A stretch of DNA of 38,499 nt from Octopus bimaculoides (taxonomy: Eukaryota). Shown here in pieces: positions 1 to 9,684 of the stretch. How positions within the stretch are numbered: the stretch's first letter is position 1; every line of letters begins with the position of its first letter. A program made the position numbers and the translations under genes. Below the pieces are notes generated by a model. The model was given only the letters and a program-made list of their open reading frames with translations, had not been told where the DNA came from and did not search any database. The stretch is from positions 34,673,964-34,712,462 of the forward strand of contig NC_068992.1 in the NCBI RefSeq assembly GCF_001194135.2. Reading direction: 5' to 3'.

Positions 1-830
1 ATATAAGGAATTATTCTACCCAATGTTTGCAGAGACTTAAAGGTAGGTTATCTAGATTTTTTAATAGGATGGGAATGAGTGTCACTTACGATGATGATAT
101 TTCGCTAGCTAATTATTTAGATATGACACTTGATATAAAAAATGATACGTATAGACCGTACCATAAACCGTCTACTAATTTGAAATATATAAGTAGATGG
201 AGTAACCACCCTAGAAGTATTATTGATAATTTAGTTAGAAATATTTCGATTAGGCTTTCTAAGTTATCAGCTAATCGTGTTGTTTTCGATAATGAAGCTC
301 CTTTTTATAATGAAGCTCTAAATAGGGCTGGTTTTAAAGACAAGGTTTATTATGTTGAACCTGAATCTGGTGAGGTTAGAGTAGATAGGGATGTTAGGAA
401 TAATAAGCTTAGTTTGGTTAGGAGTAATAAAATTTTTTTAAAATTATGATCACTCCAAAGAATCATCTATTCTATGTGCGTCACAAATAGTCCCGTATAA
501 AAAAATCCTTTGGAGTGAAGTGTTTTGAACTCACTAGCCGATAAATTTGTAAGTGCCTGCCTCACGTGGTCTTCATGTCGCATGGTCAAAATTCACGAGT
601 TTTATCAGATACTTTCAGATTTATTAGAATATTGGAGCTGAAGATCGGAATAGGGTAACTTCATACCCTTAACCCTGAAACGTCGTACCCAATTAACTAA
701 AGGCAGGTTTGTTTTTGCTTTTCTCTTCTGTTTTTTGTTCTGTGTGTGCCATAAATATCGCCATCCGTTAGAGAAAAAAATTGTAGTTTGGAATCAGTAG
801 TTCTTTGACTGCTATTTCTAAATTTTCAGT
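1..830 (+). mobile_element. Penelope-like retroelement (PLE), 3' part, apparently internally deleted; runs off the window start
   Basis: Frame is open from 3 to 449: NYLDMTLDIKNDTYRPYHKPSTNLKYISRWSNHPRSII...RLSKLS...FYNEALNRAGF matches the PLE post-RT motif (FLDxxL..YxPYxKP...SNHP...RLS..S...Y..AL..xG). The same frame continues past stops to VLNSLADKFVSAC, similar to the PLE C-terminal LNxRxExxSxC motif. No GIY-YIG is seen between the two. The right boundary is a guess. Confidence 0.85.
631..694 (+). ncRNA. Minimal type I hammerhead-ribozyme-like motif in the PLE terminal repeat
   Basis: CTGAAGA (638-644); hairpin AGGGTA/TACCCT (652-657/664-669); GAAAC-GTC (677-684) with palindromic ACGT; ATTGG (631-635) pairs with CCAAT (689-693). 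Proximal stem I is mismatched. Confidence 0.5.
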
Positions 831-1428
831 ATGTTGGAGAAGCAACTCAAGCTAATCCCTGTATATNNNNNNNNNNNNNNNNNNNNNNNNNNNNNNNNAT
901 ATATATATAGATAGATAGATAGATAGATAGATAGATGTACCCCTGCATGTGAGTATATTCATATCTATATATGTGTGTTTACATATATACATGTGTAGAT
1001 GCCTTCATGCATATAGATGTACATGGATGTGTGCATGAGGATATGTGTTTGTACAACAGGTTTTCTTTAATAACAGTTATTTGCTATATATATATGATTT
1101 TTTTAATAATAAATGTGTATCTATCAGCAACCACCCTAATTCTTTAATACATTTATCCCTGGATTCTATTAAGAATTTAATCATTTCCTCAGGCTCTTTT
1201 TTTTGTTGTCACTTCTTTCTTACTTTTTTTTTTTTTGTAATATGCAACTGTCTTTCTGGGTATACCAAAGCCATGAGTTGGAAAATAATGTAGTTTAATT
1301 TCTTTATAATGGATTTGCCATACTCTGGAAAATGGCTATATCAAAACGAAAATAATTCATTTTATTCATCAGCATTAAAACTTAATTTAAAAAACCACCT
1401 TTCTTATTTACGTAACAAGTATGTGTGC

Positions 1429-1466
<38 letters not shown>

Positions 1467-2479
1467 AATGTAGATGTGGAAACATCTCATACGTTTGGTG
1501 TGAATAACTTAATATATCACATATTTTGAGCATGTTAAATATACAACAGATGAAATTGTGATGCATTCAGTAATATTCTTCAGCAACCAATCGAATATTG
1601 ATATGTAATCATATTTTGAAGTTTTGAAAACCATTTTGTTTTTTATAAATTATTGCTCGGAATCCTATTGAAAATCTATAGAGATAAACTCAGAACTGCA
1701 TATATGATGATGATGAAAACACATAAAAAATGAGGTGTGGATGTTCACTAAAGACCAAACAATTCTAGTCAACTTGAAATGATAAAAAACTAACAATATT
1801 CAAAGAAACTCAAGGACTGAAAAAATACATCACAAAATTATAAAGCAAACACAATACTAGTAAAATGATACTGATACAGAACTGGTTATCCACATATAAA
1901 TACGATAAAGTAATTCATTTTATGTTTGTTATTTACAGTAGATTTTTGCAAACAAGTTGCATATGCAAGTGCTACCAGTTGAGAGCTCTACATACCAGAA
2001 GCCAGCAAGTGTATGGGGTCATCAGGAGAGAGTGCATGTCATTTCAGGGCCTACCTCTCGACAGCATCAATACACACTGCCACCCCACCCCACTGATATC
2101 AGACCCCACTTGCTAGATTGACTGGTCATCAAATAAAGCTCAATATTCTTCTAGCCATCGCTCATCGTTTCTTTTTAACCAAATCCAGTGGCTACCCTTT
2201 TCCACTGTAGTTTGGATATCGGTCATAGTGGTATATACTTTATGATGAGTTAGGCCTAACGATAGCAACTGTCGCCAACAAACTCTCTACATCCGACTTC
2301 AGAAATGTGTATCTTTAGTCTTGTGGATGTTTCACAAAGATGTTCATGGAGTGTACATGTCAAACTGATATTATTTTGAGCAGTGTAGCTACAGAAATGG
2401 CTAGTTATGTTAACATTTTACCTGGCTGCAAAATCTCAATCAGGGCAATGATAGTTTGCAAGATAATAAAAATTTTAGT

Positions 2480-3096
2480 GATATGTTGTTTTTTTTTACA
2501 CAGCATGCTATGAAGAATGACACTGTGCTTTAAAGTTTGCAAGTTTTGTATAACATTGACTACTCCAATCCTTTTGGTTGTTGCAACATCCTCAAAATTA
2601 CACACTCATGTTCAGGCATTTTCAATTATCCCTTAATTTGTCATTATACCATAGTAATGATCTACCAACACTCCACTGAATATTTTCAATTTGCCCTATC
2701 ATTGCACATTCATAAAACATGACTAAACTACCTCAGTTGAGCCCTACTCAGGAAAACTTCAATTCTAAGGGTATATCACATTCACTGAATATCACTGTTC
2801 TTCACTCTGTCATCCCATTTGATCTTGCATGTTCATTTCAGGCAACTCATGTGAAAGTTATTTAATTGATCAATGTTTTTGATAAACACATCAATCAGTT
2901 GAATAGTCTTCGATAAAGTGTCCAAGACTCTGCCTCATATAAGAGAGTAGTTAAAACAATTATTTTATATATTTCAATTTTTGTCTTAATTGAAGCATTC
3001 CAATGTATTCCAAATCCTCTCATAACTTTGCCCAAAATTTGTGCTTGCTTTTCTTGTGCGTGTTTTAATCTCTTTATCAAGCTTAATTTCATTTGT
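2480..3096 (-). mobile_element. Old RTE (BovB-like) LINE, RT thumb and C-terminal part
   Basis: Minus-strand translation with stops and frameshifts: TNEIKLDKEIKTRTRKASTNFG, KTKIEIYKIIVLTTLLYEAESWTLY, NNFHMSCLK, IKWDDRVKN, AQLR*FSHV. These are typical RTE motifs. Confidence 0.85.
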
Positions 3097-3115
3097 CATA
3101 ACTTTTTGAATCATA

Positions 3116-3242
3116 TTACATATCCCTTGTGTTTCCATACTATGCTATTATCCTCACCTCACTAAAGGCCTCAAGTCCCTTACTACTACCTCTCTCTGAA
3201 TCTCATGTGTGTGGCAATGCTGGCCATTGCTTGTTCACGATG
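3116..3242 (-). repeat. Copy A of a ~125-bp direct repeat; coding relic of an unidentified element
   Basis: Aligns to 3711-3838. Minus frame reads IVNKQWPALPHT*DSERGSSKGLEAFSEVRIIA*YGNTRDM*. Confidence 0.8.
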
Positions 3243-3403
3243 GTAATGCTGGTCATTGCTTGTTTACGATGGTGTTGCTGGCCATGGCATGTTTGTGATG
3301 GGGATGCTGGCCATTGCTTGTCTGCGATGGCAATGCTGCCTATTGCTTGTTTGTGATGGTGATGTTGGCCATTGCTTGTTTGCAATGGTGATGCTGGCCA
3401 TTT
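3217..3403. repeat. 29-bp minisatellite, ~6.4 copies (ATGCTGGCCATTGCTTGTTTGCGATGGTG consensus)
   Basis: Units start every 29 nt from 3217 to 3391. Confidence 0.95.
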
Positions 3404-3552
3404 CCGATTGTAAACTATTTAAAGAACTCTCAGATTTTCCAAAGTCTCACATTTCTGCTCCACTGTGTGTTGATTCTATTGTATCACACAAAATGTCCAG
3501 CTAAGTTTAAGAAATTTCTTGATCTTTTAATTGCTCATCATTTTCTTATCTA

Positions 3553-3612
3553 ACTTGTAATACTTGTAATACTTGTAATACTTGTAATATCTAACTTGTA
3601 ATACTTGTAATA
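3553..3612. repeat. 9-bp tandem repeat (ACTTGTAAT)n, ~6 copies with one interruption
   Basis: Read directly from the sequence. Confidence 0.9.
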
Positions 3613-3710
3613 CTAACATGCTTACATGTTACACTAACATATATTTTGAGTTAAAATAACTTTTGGGGGTTTATAATTCTTTAAATTTTTCATTAACTTT
3701 TCAAATTGCA

Positions 3711-3838
3711 TTACATGTCTCTCGTGTTTCCATACTTTGCTATGACCCTCGCCTCACTAAAAGCTTCAAGTCCCTTACTGCTATCTTTCTCTATATATCT
3801 TGTGTGTGAGGATGCTGGCCATTGCTTGTTCACAATGT
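3711..3838 (-). repeat. Copy B of the ~125-bp direct repeat
   Basis: Minus frame reads IVNKQWPASSHTRYIEKDSSKGLEAFSEARVIAKYGNTRDM*. It carries only one 29-bp unit (3812-3838). Confidence 0.8.
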
Positions 3839-4170
3839 GCCCACCCATTTCCACCCCCACCACCAATACTGGAAATCTCTTCTCTTAGATCAGAAACGCT
3901 GACAGGGCTCTACCTCAATTCTGTACTAGAAGACTTGCATACCTCTGTCCCTCCAGCCTACCTTCCTCTTTCTGTCTATAGATAATGAATTAACCAGTAG
4001 CAGCTCATTTACTTAACTTAAACTTTGACCTATTATATTCGTAGCAGTAACATTTATGTTTACAACACTCATAACACTTATATTAACAATGCTTATATTG
4101 TATTCCCAGAAATAGGCAATAGGCGTTACAACTTTTAACATGTTTGAATGATAATAGGTTAAAACAAGAA

Positions 4171-4400
4171 CAACTGATGTGACAGAATCGTTAGCACACC
4201 GGGCGAAATGCTTAGCGGTATTTCGTCTGCCATTATGTTCTGAGTTCAAATTCCGCCAAGGTCGACTTTGCCTTTCATCCTTTTGGGGTCGATAAATAAA
4301 GTACCAGTTACGCACTGGGGTTGATGTAATCGACTTAATCCCTTTGTCTGTCCTTGTTTGTCCCATCTGTGTTTAGTCCCTTGTGGGTAATAAAGAAACA
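4171..4400 (+). mobile_element. tRNA-derived SINE with a Nin/Deu-like central domain
   Basis: B-box GAGTTCAAATTCC (4242-4254); core GCCTTTCATCCTTTTGGGGTCGATAAA (4270-4296) followed by AAGTACCAG; homologous to 28867-29094. Confidence 0.9.
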
Positions 4401-4401
4401 A

Positions 4402-7400
4402 GATGACCACGGCAACCATTTTTTCAGGTGCTGAATAACATCACTCCTTCCCATGTTCCCTTCCACGTCCCTTTCCCAGTTTTCAGAGTTGCACTATCAA
4501 TGTAGGCACATTGAAAGGTAGGTCTAGCAAGATTGTTGAGATGCTTGAATGGAGGTGTGTTGATGTATGTTGTATCCAAGAGGTAAGGTGGAGAGGAGCT
4601 TCAGCCAGGTTCCTTACAGGCAAGACATATAAGTATAAAATCTGGGAAAGTAACAGTGATGGGGCAGGTGGTGTGGGCATACTTCTTACAGAGAAATGGT
4701 TGGTAAGGTCAGAGAGGTAGTCAGAGTGTGTGATAGAGTGCTTAAACTTTGGCTAGTCTTACAGAGTAGTATAGTGACAATTATCTCTGCCTATGCCCCT
4801 CAAGCAGGCCTACCAAATGAACAGAAGGACTACTTTTATGATATTCTTCTGAAGGCTACCTCAAAGATGAATGACAATGATCTCCTTTTCATGGCTAGGG
4901 ATTTCAACAGGCATGTTGGACGGCAGCCTGATATCTTCCATGGTGTGCACAGTGGCCATGGAATTGGCTCCTGAAATGAAGAGGGTACCAGGCTACTGGA
5001 GTTCTGTGATGCAAATAACCTTTTGATCTGCAACATCAACTTCAAGAAGCCAGCCAGCCATCTCATAACCAACCAATCAGGTGACTGTGCTATCCAGATC
5101 GACTACATTCTCAACAGACAGCGGGATGCATGGTTGCTCCTAAATAGAAAAATCCTTCCTGGTGAAGGGTGTACCCACCCCCAGCATACACTAGTCATTA
5201 GTGACTTTAGACTCCATGCCAGAAAGATGCCAAGAAGTACATCAATCTGGAAAAGAAAGATTTGGAAGCTTAAGGACCCTTCATATGGTCAGAGATTTAG
5301 GGATATCGTAACTAAGAAATTTGATGAAAGGAGGAGCAAAAGACTTGTGACATAGAGGGCAACTGGGAATTCCTGAGGGACAGCTTGCTGAGTGCTACAG
5401 ACCAAATCTATGGGTGATGCAAAGTCCCAGCCAGACCTAGGGTAATTTGGTGGTGGAACAATGTGGTAGACAGGGCCATTAGAGCAAAGAAATAGGCCTG
5501 GAAGAATGAGGGTAGCAGGGAACTCTATCAGATTGTCAGAAGGGATGCTAGGAGACAAGTACATCTAGCCAAGAGAGAAGCAGAAAAGAAGGTTTGCCTT
5601 TGTTCAACGATGTGAGGACCAAAGAACTGAAGTGTTTTGGATTGCAAGTCAGTGTGTGAGAGAAAATCGTGATGTCATAGGAGAGAAATATGTTCATATG
5701 GATGATGGTGCACTTGCATGTGATAATTCTGCAAAGAAAGAGGCTTGGAAATTCCATTATGAAAGACTGCTGAACACAGAGAATGAGTGAGAGGAGGAGA
5801 GCAACCCAACTGAAGTTACTAGCTACCAAAATTGACAGTTCACTGGTAGATAAAGCAATTAAGGATATGAAGACAGGAAAAGCCATTGGCACATCAGGAA
5901 TCACCGCTGAGATGCTTAAAATATTTGGTGGTGTGGGTTATGATCTTGTAACCCATATTGTAAATCAGGTGGTTCATGAAGGAGTCATAACCAATGACTG
6001 GTGTAGCAGCACCATAGTCAACTGCTACAAAAGTAAAGGTGATGCCTTAGACAGAAATAATTACAGAGGTGTCAAATTGCTGGATCAGGTGATAAAATGT
6101 TACAATGAGAGTCATAGCCCAACTAATTAGGGAGATAATTAGCTTAGATAAGATGCAGTTTGGTTCTGTGCCAAGGAGAAGCACCACTGATGCTATACTT
6201 CTGGTAAGGCAGCTGCAGGAGAAATACATAGCCAAACATAAACTTCTGTACTTGGTCTTTGTTGACTTGGAGAAAGCCTTTGACAGGGTCCCTAGATCTG
6301 TTATCTGGTAGTCAATGCAGAAGCTACGGATAAATGAGTGGTTGGTAAGAGCTGTACAAGCTATCTACAGGAATGCTACCAGTATGGTGAGGATTGGCAA
6401 TGAGTACAGTGAAGAATTCAGGGCATGAGTAAGGGTTCACCAAGGATTGGTACTCATCCCCCTCTTGTTCATCATAGTCCTCCAGGTAATAACAGTGGAA
6501 TTCAAGACAGGCTGCCCCTGGGAGCTCCTCTATGTTGATGAGCTTACTCTTATAGCTGAAACACTACCTGAACTAGAGAAGAAGTTCCAGGTATGGTAGC
6601 AAGGTTTAGAATTGAGGGGCCTTAGAGTTAACCTAGCAAAACCAAAGTCTTAGTAAGTAGGAAGGCAGACATATCACAAATCCCTTCAGGTAGATGGCTC
6701 TGCTCAATCTGTAGAAAAGGTGTAGATAGCAACTCCATAAGATGCACCAGGTGTAAGCCTTGGACACATAATAGGTGCAGCAATATCAGAGGAAGGTTAA
6801 CAGGGAAACTAGCTTTTGTGTGTGGAAGATGCACAGGTACAATAAACGGTGTAAATGTGCAGAAAATAGACTCCATCAACTGCCNNNNNNNNNNNNNNNN
6901 NNNNNNNCAAGCTAGAGGTAGCTTCTGTTATTTAGGTGGATGCCCCAAGAGCATATCTATGATAAGATTATGCTGGGTAAAGTTCAGAGAGCTCCTACCC
7001 TTACTGGCAACAAAGGGCCTCTCTCGCAGAGTAGAAGGGAGATTGTTTGGTGCCTGTGTGAGAACAGTTATGCTGCATGGCAGTGAAACATGGGCTATGA
7101 CACCTGAGGACATGTGTAGGCCTGAAATAAATGAAGCCAGTATGCTTTGCTGAATGTGCAATGTCAGTGTGCATGTTCAACAGAGTGTAAGCATCTTGAG
7201 AGAAAAGTTAGACATCAGATGTGATGTGCAAGAGAGACAACTGCACTGGTATAGTCATGTGATGCATATGGACGAGGATAGTTGCATAAAGAAATGCCAA
7301 TCTATAATTGCAGAGGGAACCTGTGGTAGAGATAGACCCAGGAAGACATGGGACAATGTGGTGAAGCATGATCTTCAAACTTTGAGCCTCACAGAGGCAA

Positions 7401-7812
7401 TGGCTAGTGACTGAGACTTTGGTGATGTGCTGTTCTTGAGAAGACCTGTCAAGTGAAATCATAGCTATGGTAACTGGAACTGTGTTGGTGGCATGAAAAG
7501 AATACCTTTCGAGCATTGGGCATCATGGAGGCAAAATGGTTGAGTTCAAGGAGGCAATGACTGAGACCTTTGGCATTAGGTCATGCTTGAGAAGAAGACC
7601 CATCAAGTCGAGCAAAATCACAGTCATGGCAGATACTGGTGTCACACAAATGGCACCCATGCTGGTGGCTGGCATTATGAAGGGCATACAGCCATAGAAA
7701 ACCATGCCAAATAAAACTGGAGTCTGGTGCAGCCTTCCAGCAAGCCAGCCCGGTGAAACTGTCCAACTCATGCTAGCATTGACAACGAATATTAAATGAT
7801 GATGATAATGTT
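4402..7812 (+). mobile_element. Near-full-length decayed RTE-clade LINE (APE endonuclease, RT, PHD-type insert, 3' UTR, (GAT)n tail)
   Basis: APE motifs: TINVGTLKGRS, DVCCIQEVRW, GGVGIL, IISAYAPQ, QIDYIL. RT motifs: NYRGVKLL, QFGSVPRRSTTDAI, FVDLEKAFDRVPRS, VHQG, LYVDEL (degenerate YADD), FCYLG, MLHGSETW, RQLHWYSHVMHM. Many stops and frameshifts. Ends TATTAAATGATGATGAT. Confidence 0.95.
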
Positions 7813-7815
7813 GAT

Positions 7816-8075
7816 GACTGTGGAACCGAGGTAAGTGAAAGCATTGACAGTTAAGATTTTTAGATTCAGTATACTTTCTGAAGATAAGCTCTGGATTATG
7901 CGCTGACAGGATGCGATCAAAACAGATGCTTTCTTGTTTTTATGCTTATGGACAAAACCAAAAGATCTGAGTGCTGCAGCAAATTAAGTTGACAGTCTGT
8001 TGAATATATTTGAGAAAATGGACAAGCTGAGCAGAATTACCAACAAAGTGCAAGTTCCTGATAGCTTGAAACAAA
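7816..8075 (-). mobile_element. Old RTE LINE, RT palm part (upstream half of 2480-3096)
   Basis: Minus-strand translation: IRNLHFVGNSAQLVH (degenerate IRELLFADDCALVAH), FAAALRSFG, VNAFTYLGSTV. Confidence 0.75.
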
Positions 8076-8244
8076 ATTCTTTTTTTTTTCCCCCTAAAAA
8101 TGTGGCTGATTCAAGATATCACCAGTACTGTAATATTCCACATGGATATCTTCTGTAACATCAACAAAAGGCATTTTCTTACATAACTACAAAGAATAAA
8201 GCAAATAATATTGGTTCCAACTCTGTCTTGTCACTTCAAATTAT

Positions 8245-8272
8245 TGCGTACATATGCGCGCGCGCGCGCGTA
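8245..8272. repeat. 28-bp perfectly alternating purine-pyrimidine tract containing (CG)7
   Basis: TGCGTACATATGCGCGCGCGCGCGCGTA. Confidence 0.95.
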
Positions 8273-8329
8273 ATTTTCGAATCTTTTGAGACCAATTGAA
8301 AATCATCTTACAGCATTTTTCATTTTGCC

Positions 8330-9230
8330 ATCAAAGTTTTTAAGATTTTCCAGGGTAGCATCAAACAGATTGTTTATGTTTTCTGTGTTCTATCTCACAG
8401 TTGCCGCCAAATGAAATGAATAGTTCCATCATGTTGGACTAGGATTTAGAAAGTTTTTCCCCACATAATTATCAAGTAAAGACGTTTGCTTTGTGGAGCT
8501 GCTAAAAGTGATGGTAGACTACTTAATATAAAAAGAAGTTTAACGTAACCAAAGCTTAAAACATGATGAATTTGTCAGACATAACAGTACAAAAAAATAG
8601 CCTCTCTCTCCCTCCACCCACTTAATTATTGCTTGAGCATCATTAAACATGCTTGCCATAGCAGTAGTACCATCATATGTTTGAGCAACTAATTTTTTAG
8701 AATGCCTAACTCATCCAAAATTATTTAAAGCTAAATACAAACTAACCTGACCACTTCTATCTTCGCTAATGTCAGTGAACCCTAGAAATCTTTCACAAAT
8801 TTGTCCATTTCTATCAACATAGTGCACACTAGATGACAGCTGAAACAAGCAACTTATGTCAGAAGTTTCATCTATTAAGATAACAATACACATAAATTCT
8901 GTAATCTCTTTTTTCATTTGGTCCTGAAGAATGGTAGTAAGTGAATGGATTAGATTGTTCTGAAAAGTTGATGACAACCCTTTCAAAACAGGAGCAGTTT
9001 TATTTTTAAAGGCTTTTGCAATTATCCATCAAATTTAGTGGTGCAGAAGGTTAACTCAGTATAGTTACCCCTATTTTCAAATAACTCACTTTTATCGAGA
9101 GCACAAACTCCCAATTCCATATTGTTCACTAATAGCAAATGCTTTCTGCTTGTCAAGCACTAAATCGATTCTACCTGTTTTTCCAAGTAGTTTAAAATCA
9201 ACATAGAATCATATACAGATAACAGTGAGT
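8330..9230 (-). mobile_element. hAT transposase relic (DUF4371/ZMYM1-like)
   Basis: Minus-strand translation: NRGNYTEL, GLSSTFQNNLI, LIDETSDIS, ERFLGFTDIS, LVAQTYDGTTAMA, PSPT*WNY. No TIRs found. Confidence 0.85.
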
Positions 9231-9277
9231 GATTGCAGCATGCAAGTTATTTAAATTGTCATATTTTTTATTTACAG

Positions 9278-9362
9278 AACTCCAAACTGAATTTTCATTT
9301 GAAAATGGTAGACATTGCCGACAGTACAATTTATCATCAGAAACATTTCTACATAACTATTT
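9278..9362 (+). CDS. Candidate 85-nt internal exon of an unknown host gene
   Basis: Acceptor TTTTTATTTACAG, donor GTAAGT. Two frames are open (xLQTEFSFENGRHCRQYNLSSETFLHNY or NSKLNFHLKMVDIADSTIYHQKHFYITI). No homology recognised. Confidence 0.3.
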
Positions 9363-9684
9363 GTAAGTTACATGTAGTTCTGAGTAAAACTTTCTCATAC
9401 ATCTTTCTTTTGTTTATTTTCATCAAGTTTAATGTCAATCGAAATAGGCCTTCCATCATCAACAATACATTTTCTCTTATTGAAAGAAAGTAGATAAAAT
9501 TGTTTCAGCTCACTGAAGAAAATTCACTGCCATTGACTACTAATGTAAGTATTAAATTAGTACAAGCCAACAGGATAGAAGTTAGGCCTCTTATTTATTA
9601 ATCCACCCAAAGAAACGAGAAAATAACTTCAAAGACCAACAAAGTAATTTAAAGTGTTAAAATAATAATGAATTATTGGTTGTA

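Noticed and set aside
1940-2120. GC-richer stretch with two open frames after an acceptor-like TTTACAG(TAG)
   Set aside because: No recognisable motif and no good donor; may be an unclassified repeat.
2242-2273. Hammerhead-like string ATGATGA-GTTAGGCCTAAC-GATA-GCAACT-GTC with a perfect 12-bp palindrome
   Set aside because: Two core mismatches (C3, A14), helix III mispairs, and there is no adjacent stem I. At most a dead relic.
3217-3403. Regular 29-bp array as a CRISPR candidate (also 13045-13130 and 26755-26840)
   Set aside because: Head-to-tail units without unique spacers, no cas genes, eukaryotic context.
4171-4260. tRNA-like A/B boxes here and at 31395-31460 as tRNA genes
   Set aside because: No full cloverleaf; they are SINE heads continuous with SINE bodies and tails.
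4402-4418. GATGACCACGGCAACC vs GATGACTGTGGAACC (7813-7827) as a target-site duplication of the young LINE
   Set aside because: Too diverged, and the right copy is already explained as old RTE coding sequence.
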